Counted from the whole stretch's first letter, positions 25,226-39,383 are shown. The stretch is DNA of 63,238 bases, filler included, from Choristocarpus tenellus KU-1152 (GCA_964200185.2; 13 parts of 13 records of this genome joined end to end with filler, not necessarily neighbours in it), one strand, 5' to 3'. Numbers and translations: made by a program. Notes: generated by a model from the sequence alone, not told the origin.

Positions 25226-28200
25226 ATGGATGGAGAGCAATGGATGCGTGAGGTCCTCCAGCGTCGACGTGATGCTGGCACACTCCGAGAACTTCGAACT
25301 CCAGAGAATGATGGTTTCTTGGTTGACTTCACTAGCAACGACTACCTTGGTCTTGGGAGGTCGGAGAGGCTACACCAAGCTGTATTGAGGGAGGAGGAAT
25401 ATGCCCGGTAGGTGACCACTATTTGGAATGATGACAATTTTTCGTCAGCTCAGGATCTCCTAGATTCTCCATGACGAATGCTTTCCCAACTTCTCTGAAA
25501 ATGATACGCCCTGCTTCCGTTTGTCATTCGACATGTAAGCCAGGAAGCCAGCCGAAGTATTCGACAAAAATCGACAGGCACGCACTTGAGCCGTCTTCTT
25601 GAAACAGACAGACTTGAGAACATTGGCAATTTATCGATCCCCATTGTTGGTTCTGGGGGTTCGAGGCTACTCTCTGGTAATTCCTCTTATGCGGAGAAGT
25701 TGGAAGATTGGATAGCCAAATTTCACAACCGTGAAGCATCGTTACTTTTCAATTCTGGGTATGATGCAAACCTGGGTCTCCTGTCCTGCGTCCCTCAGTC
25801 AGGAGATGTCGTTGTCTGCGACGAGTTAGTGCACAACTCAGTACAGGTAAGGGGGTCAGCGCGTCATGCTCTGGTCGAGGGCTTAACTTGACCAGCAAAT
25901 CATGTCCTAGTCGATGCAATCGTGAATTTATAGGAACTGTGCATCTTCTTAATGCTCTCAGTGCCGAGGCCGCATGCGATGACTGGAATTCCTTGAAAGT
26001 CGGTATTTTTTCAGTGCTCATTCAGATGTTTCTGCGTTTTGGAGGACCATGACCACAACCACAACAAATGCCTTAGGTCATTCATCCATCGACCTCTGGA
26101 TACAACGCAGATGGGTTGCCGTCTCGGTCGACAGAGTCATACCCTGTTTTTTCGACATCAAGATACTGGTTGCCTGGAAACCATTCTCAAGGGTCTAAGG
26201 GAGAGTGGAGGCCAGCCAACAGAAGATTCAGTAGGCAGAGTATTGGAAAGGGTCAATTTGTCCCCAGTCGAAAACATCTTTATTGTCGTTGAGAGTGTCT
26301 ACTCCATGGATGGCGATATTGGCCCACTGCGAGATATTTTTGCTGTGGCGCAGACGTATGAGGCGAGCATCATTGTGGATGAGGCACACAGGTGAGTGAA
26401 TCTAACACACAAATATTAGAGTCGCAAGCAACACCTGGAAAGAGGAGAATGGGGGTGATGAGCGTCGGTCCATGCCGTAAGTGTAGGGGATTGTTGGTGG
26501 GGGTTTCAGAAGGTCTTGTACATTTATGCTGAAGCTGGATATAACATGATCTTTTTTTTTTGGTTTGTATCACTTTCTCAAGGAATGTACAATATTGAGT
26601 GTGGCGAGGCAAAAAAAAAATAGAAAAAAAACGGTTTATCGAATTGAATCAAATTGAACTGTGGGGCACGAGGCAAAAACTCCAAAGCCTCTACAGGCCT
26701 CAGCAGACAGATCCAAAGCCATGAACAGTGAAATGTGCTGTGAGTTGTGGGTAGTGACACCTTGTGACGAATGTATTATTGTGTGACCTCGGACACATTC
26801 ATTAGTCACACTTCTCCATGTACTGTGATTTTTTTTTAAGTAGCCAAATAACCAAACTTTTCCTGTCACTCGTTTTGTTATTCTGACTAATTGATCTGAA
26901 GCTGGTTGAATTGCTGTGATTTAGAACACTAGCAATAACATGCAGCTTCCCAAGTAGACCCACTTTGGCCCAATCTATATCTATGTCACATGACATGGCT
27001 GGTAGTAGCTCCCTCAATTAGCAAACTCTATCATAACAGAGTTGGTTTGAACTCTACCTAACCCTCCAATCAAGTAGTGCTAGACCTAGCCCCCTGCGGA
27101 GTATTTTCAATTCTTGTCCTAACCTTAACCCAAGAAAGATATCGCTCTACGTGGGCTGGGCTAACCTGTGCTTACCTCAACTTGATGCAGGTCATGTCAT
27201 GCCGCCTTAATCTACTCCCAACATTTTTGACCCTGACCCTAACCCTAACCCTATCTGTTGTAAACCGTATGTTACCATGTAACATGTTGCTTCTTCTTGG
27301 TACTGCTTTTTCTGGGTGTTCCTCCCCGTTGGTACTTTTGGGGTTTGCACATAATATGTCTGCGTGTTCCTCCCCATTGGTACTTTTGGGGTCTGCACAT
27401 AATATGTCTGCGTGTTCCTCCCCATTGTCTTACTTCACAGCACAGGGGTCTTTGGAGATGAGGGTCGGGGCATTGTTAATGCCCTTGGATTGGAGAAACA
27501 CCCATCCTTGCTAGCCACAGTTCACACCTTTGGAAAGGCGTTTGGAGCGCACGGCGCTGTAGTTGTTGGGAGCAGCACTTTGAGAGACTTCCTCGTGAAC
27601 TATGCCCGTCCTCTCATCTATTCCACTTCTCTCCCTTTGCACAGGTGAGTAAAGCCAGGTGGTAGGGGATAGGTGGGTACACAACAGGTGTGATCCTGTG
27701 TGTGTTCGTAGATATTTAACTTCACGTTTGTCCTTGCTGTCAAGTGCAGTAAGTACATGCGTGGCAGAGTGTAACCTGACCAGGGCCCTTTGAGTGATAG
27801 TTTACGCTCTCAAGTAAATGACTATTATTAATAGTACTGACGAATGTGTAAGAACAGTGTTTGAATATTGATCACCGCTACTGGGTTTTATTGTCCTTGT
27901 CACTAGGAATTACTCCTTCAGTTGGTATTGTTGCAGCCTCAGCGAAATATTGAGACAGAGAGAGGAGATGTTACTCTCTTACATGTTTCCTTTGAAGACA
28001 ATAAAAAAGAAATATGTGTACACTTCATCTGTTTTCTGAGAGAGCCAGCACGCTCAGAATTGGGCAGTTCCAATAATAACTACTGCTCCGGGTACTGTGT
28101 ATAGTATTGGTCTTGGGTACTTGTGTGCCTCTCCTGCAAGAATCCTTGTGATTTATTGTGTGGAGAGAGCGGTAATAATTTTGATTCTAGTGGTGATGAG

Positions 28201-31200
28201 GTAAGGCTTTCAAGTCATGTGTGGTGATGTCACCCCCCTCAGAGGTGGCATGGTGTGAGGGAAGGAAATGTTGTAGTATGGTACAAACTACCATCGCCTT
28301 GTGCATGGCGCTGAGTTTGGTGTGTGTGTACAACTAATGTGTGTGTGTGTGTGTGTGTGAATACCTTAATACCTTTTTTTATAGACTGAAAGTTGCTGTA
28401 CTTGGGATAGGGTTGAGGGCTAGGGCTAGGGTTTAGCAGATCTCTTTTGGATGAACTGAGAAAAAGCCTGTCGCGAGCATAGTCTATGCTTTGATGCAAA
28501 AGAAAGAGTTACTTCTGTCTCCAATTTACCAATGCCATCATACTAATAGTTTTTTTCACAGTTTTTTTCCCCCTCTTTTTGCCACCTAACCCCCCAAAAG
28601 AGCCGGTTCTACCTGTCCTTCTGTTTGGTGAGTTTTGCTGATTAATTGCACTCCAGTTCAGGGCACTCAGTAGGTTCATGGCCACCGGGAAGTTTGACAT
28701 CGTGGGGGGGTGTCATTGGGGTGTCATTATCATGCTTATCTCTACAGACTGTTGCGGGTTTTTAGTACTGGGTAGAAAAGTAGATCAATTATGTACGACA
28801 GAGATCACATTCAGTGCAACAGGATCAATTCTGCAGCATAATCAGGCCAAACTCCGCCTGTTGGATCACCTTTACCTCTGTTTTATAATCTCAAGTACCT
28901 TTGCTATAAAATGACGATTCAATATTTGATTGGTACATTAGTCTTTGCGCTAATCCCGTCCACCCCCCTCAACTTCAACTCTCTACTCCTCAATGCACCT
29001 TCTTGGATATTTCCATTTTTGGTCGAAAGTCTAGCATGCATCAAGTGCTCCTACATAATGCAAGCAGGGGCAAACAGGCAACGGGCGCATGTTCTCAACT
29101 TGGTTCATGTTTTTCAAAGGTCTGAGTTGAGAGCATATTGTGATACTATGATGTGAGCACTTCGTATTTAGCATTTCTTTAATAGTAAAGGTGCATACAT
29201 ACATATTAGAATTGTTCTGCTGTAACTTAGACTGTGAGTTAGTGTCAGTCCTCAACTAGGGGTACTTGTATTTAAGTTGCAAAAGGGCAAATCATCCCGA
29301 TATTCCAGATCAGAACCTCCCTAACTCTCTCTCTCTATATATATATATGATGAATATGACCAAAATGTGCTGTATTGCTGCATTGCAAATTCAACATCTC
29401 AATATGAAGGGAGTCAACAAAAAAAAATATGAATGGTACTAGGTTTTCTTAGATGCTGAGTAGCCAATCTTTGGTGAATTGTTCTTTTCAAGGTTGATAG
29501 GCCTTATTGCCTACTAATCAACAACCAACTGGATGTGGGTATATATATATGTGTGTGTATGTATTCTATCTATAGGGCCTATGAGGCGCCATCTTTCAGA
29601 GTGGGATACCATATACTGCATTGTCAAAGTTATGGTATTATACCATAATAGATAGCTCTATACCAGCAAACTAACCCTATGTAATATCTGATATGCTAGA
29701 GTGTTGATGTAGATATATGACTCACGTCACGGTAAGTCAGGTGTTTGGATGGGGATTAAAGTGGTCTGATGTGTTGGTGTTCGATTTCCTTCCAGGTTTC
29801 AATGACTGAAATTCTTTGGAAAAAGATGAGAACAAAATGTGACCTTGTTGAACTCTTGATTGAATATTGATATTCCGCGTAAACAAGAATCTCTCTCTAC
29901 CCACACGAAATTGGGACATAAATTCATAATAAAGTTTTTTCCTGTTTGTTCTCCATGCACACTATTCTCTTATTTTCAACTTACTGCCATTTCCACTGTA
30001 AAGTTGTTGGAAAATAGTGTATCTCCGTGTTAAAGTTAGCATCTGGCATGAACGCGAAAGGATTTGCTGACATATCAATTTACTTTCCATGCATTTTATT
30101 CTCAATCCATAGCATTTTTTACAACAGTATTTCATACAGTTTTTGTGGCTTGCGGACTTGCTGATGTTACTTGACACGTTTTTGACATCAAGAAAATGCT
30201 GTTTTTTGTAATTAAGCCCTCTATGGTCACAACGGACTCTAAGGGGATGGGGGTATGGTAGAAGCCTCTCCTACATGGCCAAATGAATGCTTACAGGTTG
30301 TGGGGATTGTGAAACAGGAGCCTTCCACAAACGATGTATTCTTCCTCAAGAGTTCATCCTGTGCAATCAATTTCAAATTTCAAAACAAGCTGTGTTCTCC
30401 GCTGCTTCTTCCTCACATCACTTGTTGCTGTCCTCCATACGGCCTTTGATGATTATTGACCCTCTCTTCGGCACCTTCACAGAATATATTTTCCAGTCTA
30501 CAATGTTGTCCATCTTTGCAATTATGACCTCCCTCAGAATTTGCATTAACCCTTCTTTTTTGTAGAGCTCTCGCTTCCAAAGATTCGATTGACAGGCCTT
30601 AGTTTGATGGCACAAGGTCACACTGATTACCCAGAAGGAGCACTGACTCAACACTATAGAGACAGGAAAAGTGTTGCTCATTGACTGCCTGTTTCGCCCC
30701 CATCGGGAGGAGGCCGGGTGCCGGAGTACCTCCACTCAGTGAAATTCTATGAACAATCGAGACACCTCAACAAGAGGCTAGTCTCTGCAGTAGTGGTAAA
30801 GATACTTCAAGGGAAGCAGGTGTTGATGTATCCAATTCTAGCCCGTACCCTCTTTCCCCAACAGACCTAGTGAGTATATTCTTCATACTACAATTGCAGT
30901 TGCCAACCTTCACTATGACACCAAATTTTTACCATTATACTATATATATATATATATATGGCCCTTGAGCAGAATTTTAGTCCCTGCGCTTGTGGTGGTG
31001 TCTTCTGCACAACACAGTATTCAAACATGAACCCTGTGTTCGTTCTGCGCTCAGATTGTGTACTCAAAGAAACAGAAGTACACTCCCCCTTCCCTCCAAT
31101 CTTGCATGTTTCATATCAGAACAGTAATCTAGCTCCATTGCATACAAAAAGCATTTCGTAAACTTTCTCCAATCTATGCCAAAAATATTTATATTGTTTA

Positions 31201-32752
31201 TTGTAAAAAAAAAAAATTGAAGTATTAGCGTGTATGATTTGTAGTACGTTGTACTTTAGATGAGCATCCCCTCTCGCTTGTGTCGTGTAGTAAGAGATAA
31301 AATGCCAGCAACTCAACTGTATCAGTTGCCCTTGTGCTTACAACCTATCCTGTATTTCAACACGAGAATCTCCAGACAAATCCACTTCTTGTCCAAAAAT
31401 TCTTCAAATTTCCACAGCGTCCTCTGCGTGAATGATATGATGATAACATTTTTGCACTCTCAATTCCTTCCATCTGTTACTTAGAACAGCTTAATCCCCA
31501 CCCCCACCCCCCGCTTCTCCCAGGGCCCTCACTTCTTCAGATACATCATTAGCTGATCAGAATGAAGGTGCCGTTCCTCCTCCATTTGCACCAGATGCAT
31601 TGTCGAACTGCCGTTCACCCATTCAGTCCGTCATGGTGCCCGGAAATGAGCGTGTTTTGGCAGTTTCCTCTGGACTACGCGGTCTAGGTTTTGATGTGAG
31701 GGCAATCAGGAAGCCAACTGTTCCAGCAGGGACAGAGCGGTTGAGGGTGACGCTTCATGCACACAACAGTCAGGCTGAGGTGGGCATGGACAACGGGGGT
31801 TGCTGGGTTGCTGACTTGAAGATGGTTTCTGGTTCGTCAAATCGAGTCTTAATTTGTAGATTGAGGGTGCAGGAACCTCTGATTGTAACAAGTTAACCAT
31901 GACAAATAGAAGGACGGGTGTGACACGTGCAAGGGCTGGGGAGGTTCTTCATTGTATGTAACCCCTACTTTTTAAAGAGTTTGTGTGCGTGTGTACCATG
32001 CTCCCTGGCCAAGGGTCCCTACCTGTTCTTTTGGCGTAGATCTTATCTGGTCTTTTCATTTAATGCTGGATGTATTTACATGTTCTGATCTTCTTCCCTT
32101 TTCTGAGGGCACGGCCTGGAATATGCCTCCTTAAGATGACCTGGAAGTCCCACCATGACAAGACATAACATGTTCACTTAAGCCTTCCAACTTACATCCG
32201 ATCCCATCCCACCCTCCTCCCACTCTAGTCTTGACTCACCTGTCTGTTTTCTGGCGGATGTAGTATACGTGGTAGTAAAGTAACAGGGGAAATTTTGAAG
32301 AGCATGCAAGACAAGAAAATAAAAGTTGGAACGGGGAGGTGAAGCCACAATGGGAAGGATAGCATTTGTCATGAGTAGCTTATGCCCAAGTCACAACAAC
32401 ATACGACGACTGCACTGGTAAAGTGCAACCACTGCAGTATGCCACTGTTCCACATCAAATTCTATAGTAGCTCTCAAACTCTATAATGCTGGCAGTTGGC
32501 ACCCCCCCCAATGACACTGTCTGATCCCTGCCCCTGCATTCTCAGGTTCTGTCCTTAGCCCATCACATCCGCTGCTTGACTGCTACAGAGCTAAATACAG
32601 ACTACAAGTGTGATAGAAAGTCAGACACTACATCGGAAAAGATGGGCACAAAACCAAAGCTGCCCCCAGCACACATGCAATCGTTCAACGAAAGTGGAGA
32701 GGTGTTGGGGGACCAGAGGGCTCAGTCTGTACCCACCCCATCAAAACTTTGA
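25226..32752 (+). CDS. bioF: 8-amino-7-oxononanoate (KAPA) synthase, 7 exons, C-terminal PTS1
   Basis: Phase-compatible GT-AG exons: 25226-25407, 25540-25846, 26111-26391, 27441-27644, 29030-29119, 31524-31779, 32546-32752. Motifs DFTSNDYLGL, GSGGSRLLSGN, FNSGYDANLG, DELVHNS, ESVYSMDGD, DEAHSTG, TFGKAFG (PLP lysine) and AIRKPTVPAGTERLR. Ends ...VPTPSKL*. Confidence 0.93.
27316..27427. repeat. 48-bp tandem duplication, about 2.3 copies, at the 3' end of bioF intron 3
   Basis: GTGTTCCTCCCC(G/A)TTG starts at 27316, 27364 and 27412. Confidence 0.9.
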
Positions 32753-34581
32753 CTTGCTTAGTTTAGTTCCTGGAGAACCTTTTACGAGTTGGCCAATGCA
32801 CTATAAATAGAGTTCGTGGAATTGGAATACCGTATGTGCTTCATGTCGCTTTGAATCGTGAACCATTGTTCTCGTGTATTTCTTGCCCTTGTTTGCTGTG
32901 ACCATCACACCCGCTGCATAGCTAAACCCTTCTGACTGCAAGGCAGTTTTGTGATGAGTTTAGTCCCAGTATGACATGGACTTTGCACATGCCAAAAGAT
33001 GGTACGAGTCAGAGTAAACATTTCAAGCCATAATAGCTTTTTGTTCAAAGAAAAATGCAATCACATGAAAGTGTATGTGTGTGCGTGTTAATATTCATCG
33101 CAAATATATACATGACAAGATTGGCTGTTGCTAGCAATAGCGTGATCAGCTTGATGATGTGACCAAGGAAACTCAACGAAAAAATTATGATCTCATTTTT
33201 TTTACCAAACCTCGGTTTTCACAGTCGTCCCATTTTGCTGCCACCCATAAAGATTAAGTGCAATGAGAGATGCTGAAAATGGTCCATTTGGGGGGGGGAT
33301 TGTCACCAAAACCTCTTCAACATGCATCCTTGATAAATTATTATATTATTTGCAACGTAGTGTAGAAAACGAACAGGGTGACTGGAAATGGTTCTTTTGA
33401 ATATGATGTGGGACACATCGCACCCACAGTCTGTCAGTTGCAGACAGCTGTTTGAGGATTAAGGTAGATGGTTACGCACTGTGGTCCTGCTGCGAGAGCG
33501 TGAACATTAAAAATACTCAACTATTTTGTAAGGTCTCACCCTGCTTTGTGCATTCCCTTTTGAGTAGAGGATGTTCGTAGTGTTGCAAACTAATACTATC
33601 AACAATGTATTGATAAGCCTATCCAGAATGTTCGAACGCTTAGGAATGTGACGTATCGCCTGTCATGAACTCTATATAAACCTTATTATTAAGGAAAATG
33701 AAACCAAAAATAGTCCAGAGGTTTAATCGCCTTACACAGATACACTGTGTCTTCCGCTGAACAACCTTGTTACTCCTCTGTACCACTCCTCTCAAAACAC
33801 GTAGTGGTTGACTGTACGAGAATTCTTAGACCGAACCAGAGTCGAGATTTCGGACATATTACCTTCCAACAGTGGCAACATGCATCAGCACCCTATTGGC
33901 CTCTTGTCACAAACCTCTCTGAAATGTGAAATGTGAACAGAAATGACTCAGCTTGTGTAATTTGAATGCTACATCAAAGATCAATGTGTGATGATGCTAT
34001 CTGTGTGAGTTCGTGTATTGGGTGCTTCATTGAAACTCGATTGATCACAAAACCAGCTCCGCTGTTGACTACTGTTGGTGCATGAGAAGCACAAAAAGAC
34101 AATATGGCGCACAAAAACAGTTCATCTATTCACACTTATCATTGACGAGGACAATAATTCCATGTTGACAATTGCTCTAGACAAGAATGAACCTCAAATT
34201 GTTTCAAAACTATGTAATACGTAGCAATAACATCCCATTTGTAAATTGCTGGAAAAGACATCTTCCCACTCATCTCATGTCAGAATCGCACAGTATTGTC
34301 ATTTCTTGCAGGAGAAAGGAGTGGAGTTTCCCGCCATTTGGAGTATTCCTGTGCTGTGACAGTCAGAATATGCGAGGCCATGCTTGAGTAGAAATGCCGC
34401 CTACTATATGACACACAGAGGACTTGATCTATATCCTCTGCCCCTCATCCCACTTGAGGTTACTTTTACCTGAAAGTGTCATGCATGGTATAGGTATGGC
34501 ACAGGTGTCCCGACACCATGTGGTCTCCGACCCTCAAGCAGCAAAAATTGCTGTGTCACATGTGCGGTTTTGTCCGTGTTC

Positions 34582-35742
34582 TCACTCAGGGGGTTTGCCA
34601 TTTCGTAGGAAGTCAAAAGGCAAAAGCCAGTCAGGCACAGAGGTACTCGGGACATCTATTCCGAGCTTGGGAAATACATATGCAGGCAACATAAACCGTA
34701 GACTGCGGATTGAGGGGGGTATGAGCCCATTTGTATCAGAGAAGCCATACTCTTTCGCAAGCTCTGCTACCACCTGCACCTGGTGCAGGAGGAGCAAATG
34801 TTAAAGGGTCATTTAAAAGTGAGTTGCACAAGGATTAAGGGCAGGAAAATGGCAATTAAATCAGCTAGAAAACCCTCAATTAGTATGATTGAACAGTCAG
34901 TGTGAGGCACCAACGAGTATCCAAGCCCACACAACAGTATTCAGTATAGTGAAGACAAAAATGACAACTGTCACAGTGGTCTGTCTTTTCCAAGCATTTG
35001 AAACATGTGGTGAGCAGAAATAGTAGAGCTACAAAGAAAAACTTCATAGATAGCAGGCAGATATGCAGGAGCCATCACCCAAACAACCTCACCTTGCCAG
35101 TTTTGCTCATAATTTTTGGATCAGCACACAGTGCAGCCACAGCACGACCCACAAACACTGGAGTCTCTGTGGGTGCTGTTAGAGGTATGCCGACCTTTAG
35201 GGGAAACAACAGTTACGCAATACATGCAATCAGTACAAGAAAAATCATCCTATGTGTAACAATGATAAATGGTGCAATGGCATCGCATGTACAAAAAAAA
35301 AGATACTCGTCAGACTACATGTCATAGTGAGACATTACAGAAACACTCAATAGATTTCACTCAACATTGCACCTTCTGTGTCCTCCACCAAAGTAGGGAT
35401 ATATCATGCACATGTCAATGAGTGGAAGTTGAGGACCTGCTTCCTCCATAGCAAGCTTTCAATACCCCGCCTTCCTTTTAGACACAGGAAACAATGCAAT
35501 GCATGATGTAAACCAAAAAGAACAGAAAGTAAACCCTAAGTCAAATTACATGTTAAACACACACACACACACACACACACACAACCAAACACTTGTTATG
35601 TCGCCAGCATACCCAAGAGCATCAGTAGCCCTATCCCCTACCTTTTCCTCATAGTCCTCAGATTCCATCAGGAGCTGCATCTTCTCAGTCCGGACAATCC
35701 CAGGGTACAACGACAAAACAGAAATGTTCTCAGACTCCAATT
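34582..35742 (-). CDS. Short-chain dehydrogenase/reductase (DHRS1-like), last three exons; 5' exons not found on this contig
   Basis: Exons 35742-35642 (LESENISVLSLYPGIVRTE...), 35194-35093 (ETPVFVGRAVAALCADPKIMSKTGK) and 34779-34582 (VQVVAELAKEYGFSDTNG...PPE*). Splice sites are in phase. Confidence 0.85.
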
Positions 35743-36964
35743 CTTATTGCCACATGAGAATCAGTAGGCAGAAGGCAAGACAGGAAAGGGAAATAGTGCA
35801 CTAGGTCATCTAGCCTGTTCGAATGTGGACACCCCTCAGGGCACCATGTACAGTGCAAGGCACCCTCAATCTAGCCCTACTCTCAAAAGTATGAAATTGC
35901 TAAGGGAGAAGATATTCATGGTGTTGTATTCAACAGAATATTGTCAGTGGTTGAGATTTGAACAAAGCTTATTTAGTCCTTAGTCTCAATTGTCATCTCA
36001 AAAGAAAAAAAGAAAAAAATCGCGACAAACAGTGCGCAGTGGTAGACCACTTCAAAACATTTCACCAAGCATTGACAAGCCACCAGAGAAGCAATCCACA
36101 CAATCAACTTCAAACAATCAACTTCAAACAACTATTAGGTCATCTCCGCAGTAACTCAACCTGTTAATGCTTCCCCCCTCTCCTAAAATGGGGGAGTATC
36201 AAGGCTGGATATTCCAGAAACGAAATATCTCAAGCGGTTAGTACCATCCTCTTGTCCATCAATAAGAACTGATGCTTACATTAATGCTCAAGTTCAATTC
36301 ATCAAGGTAGGGTTAAGGTGTCAATCTAGGCATAAAATCTTCCTCTAATGTTTTCCATTGATGGTAGTTTGAACGTTTGAATATTGTATCATCCAACTTC
36401 TTTGCCAACTCACAACACTTCACCAAATGAATATCTCAAGCGAATTCTCAGTAGAAAGTCTACTAGACTATTGTATGACAGTGAAACCTTTGGAACAATC
36501 CATGCTAATTGTTTGAAAGATTTGAAGATAAATAAAAGAGTCAATCAATCGCATGTGGATTACCACGATTGCAATTAGCATATGTCTTGGACTAAACTAC
36601 CGTTTCTCAATCCAAGGTTTTACAACCGCACTCAATCTCTATCTAGAAAACGTTTCCATGTACTCATCTATAATCGATTTAGCAATGTCATCTCACAAAG
36701 GGGCAAGGGATGAACGGAACCGGATGGATAGTACTAGGACACATAGACCACATGTACTTGTACTTGAGAAAAAAAAAAAACAGAACTAGCCAAGCATTGA
36801 GTGAAACCATCTTTTATGTTATGATTTTTTCTCTCTTTCATCTTTTGTGGGGTTTAGCTTTATANNNNNNNNNNNNNNNNNNNNNNNNNNNNNNNNNNNN
36901 NNNNNNNNTTAATTAATTAANNNNNNNNNNNNNNNNNNNNNNNNNNNNNNNNNNNNNNNNNNNN

Positions 36965-37086
36965 TCAACAAGCTAGCTGCCCCACTCTCAACAAGCTAGC
37001 TGCTCTGCTCTCAACAAGCTAGCTGCCCCACTCTCAACAAGCTAGCTGCCCCACTCTCAACAAGCTAGCTGCCCCACTCTCAACAA
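36965..37086. repeat. About 23-bp tandem repeat, about 5 copies
   Basis: (TCAACAAGCTAGCTGCCCCACTC)n with no unique spacers. Confidence 0.95.
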
Positions 37087-37294
37087 ACTGTAGGATGTGT
37101 GATGTGTGCAAGTGTTCACGTGTATGTCATAGTTTGCTGGAATGCCTGACTACAGAATTGGTCTACGGTCTAGAATTGTCAAAACAACATGTGTGTGGCT
37201 TGTTTTGTGCTTAAGAGTACCTCCTTTAAAATGGTGTGGATAATTAAGCAAGTGTCCAGCAGGCAAATTCAGCAACTTCTTATCTACTTCACCT

Positions 37295-37334
<40 letters not shown>

Positions 37335-37911
37335 ATTAACAACGATATTAATGATCATAACAATAGTAATAATGAGGTACAAAGTATATCGAAGTAATTT
37401 TATTTTCTATTACTATATTTATTCAATTTTATTTTCTTCTTTAAATCGGGACACTGCCGCAGCATTGCGGTAGTTCAATGTGTGTGTTTTGAAGTACTGG
37501 CCTTCTATAGTACCTATATTTATCTGTTCATCCAAATGTTCCTTAGGTTTTCCTCTCCGAGGTAGTTGAGTCCTTCACTATTTATGTGCAATTTTTTGCA
37601 ATGCATTTCGGTCGGTGCACTTTTAAATTTAATTTATTTTATTTTATTTTAATTTGGATGTAGAGAAATTTGAAGCAAAAATTGTTAGTTTATTTTGCTT
37701 GTTCTAATTGTTGCCCTTATTAGTTGTGTGTGTGTGTGTGTGTGTGTTTGTGTGTGTGATATTTTTTTGTAGTTTTATTTTATTTTAATTTGGACGTGGA
37801 AAAATTGCAACCAAAATTTTGATGTGTTTTTTTGTTATTTTAATTGCTGCTCTTATCCTTCGAGATTTGATAATACTACAATAGAATAGCTTTGTCATTA
37901 TTTATGAGAGA

Positions 37912-38143
37912 TACATTTCTTATTCAATTATTAATTCTTATTGAATAATTGATTCTTACTCAAATATTAATTCTCACTCAATTATTAATTCTTATTCAAA
38001 TATTCATTCTTACTCAATCATTCACTCTCCACTCATTTATTAATTCTTATTCAAATATCCATTCTTAGTCAATCATTCACTCTTTGCTCAGTTATTAATT
38101 CTTATTCAATCATTAATTCTCACTCAAATATCAATTCCTATTC
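37912..38143. repeat. Degenerate 15-bp AT-rich minisatellite
   Basis: Variants of (ATTAATTCTTATTCA)n. Confidence 0.85.
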
Positions 38144-38323
38144 AGTGCGGCATGTAACACAGCAATAACATAACACGCAAAACACGAGAGTGAAGAACAT
38201 TAACACAGGAATAACATAACACAGGAATAACATAACACAGGAATAACATAACACAAACACTCTGAAAACACACCGACGCACAACTCTCATATCAATAGAC
38301 ACTTGCCTCCATTGGGGGATTAG

Positions 38324-39383
38324 GTGATAGATACTGTTAGGGCACTCTGCGGCGATGGGCATACACTGGTGGTGTCCATCCATCAGCCACGGTCCTCCAT
38401 ATATGCACTATTCGACGACATCATGCTGCTTAGTGAGGGTCAGGTGAGGAAGGGCAATTAGTTGGTAAATGCTTTCGAGTGGCAGTTTTTTTGTCCTTTC
38501 TTGAGGCCGGCTTTTGAATTTTATTTGATTTATTTTTTGTTTTTTGTTATTAGTTATTAGTTGTTTTTTTTGCTGTTATTGCTGTTGTTGTTGCTAGTAG
38601 TTTTCACTAGTTATTTTTTCTAGATGAACCTGTGAGGTAGGTATGGAAAGCACGGGTGGGTTGTGAGGTAGGTATGATCTATCAGGTAGGTATGATGTAT
38701 GAGGTAGATATGATGTATGAGGTAGATATTATGTATCTGTAGCTCTAATTGGTACTAGTTGCGTGAAGGTGAAGAGACTGTAGTAGTTACTGTACACTAG
38801 GTACTAGCATATGTAACATGTGATTGTGATGATAAGTGTTACTAGCATATGTAATATTTTTTCATGTTGTAGTTAGGAGCAGTCGCGGAGGTGGTCTGGT
38901 TTAGTATCACACTCGTTGATGATGATAACGATATGCCAATTGTATGTCGACACTCATGTACTACTAATTTTTTATTTTTGTGAGTAAGTGAAGGGCTAAG
39001 GTTAGGGTTTGAGACAACCTTTTTTTTAATGGCCGTTACTCTCTCTCCACTGCAGTTCTGATAAGAGAATGAAAAAAGAAAAAAAAAGAAATACACACAT
39101 AACACAACACATAACACAACACACACACTCAAGAAAAGCCTTTGGTGCAGTGTCTTATTATGACATCACATTTTTGCAGCACCTTGCAGGCCAATGGCAA
39201 TGTTACTCAACGGACCCCATCCCCTGCCTGCCCCCCATGCAACCTTCCCCTGGTTTGTCTGGTACCATACGCCTACGTCCTTGTTTTAAGGTCATGTACC
39301 ATGGGCCTGTTGAGGAGGCGTTGCCACACCTGACATCTCTGGGGTATCAATGTCCAAAGAACTTCAACCCTGCAGATTTTATG
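38324..39383 (+). CDS. ABCG (White-type) transporter, two internal exons
   Basis: Exon 38324-38443 VIDTVRALCGDGHTLVVSIHQPRSSIYALFDDIMLLSEGQ; exon 39291-39383 VMYHGPVEEALPHLTSLGYQCPKNFNPADFM. SIHQP H-loop and NPADF motif; phase-0 GT-AG introns. Confidence 0.92.

Noticed and set aside
29737-30900. Possible LINE endonuclease relic (SDH) in bioF intron 5
   Set aside because: A single tripeptide with no supporting APE or RT motifs.
25226-35742. bioF plus SDR as a biotin/fatty-acid gene cluster
   Set aside because: Only a convergent gene pair. No other bio genes are on the contig, and the ACAD and ABCG genes are on unrelated contigs.
36965-37086. CRISPR-like look of the 23-bp repeats (also 9645-9816, 50047-50166, 57414-57640)
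   Set aside because: The units are head-to-tail with no unique spacers, there are no cas genes, and the context is eukaryotic.
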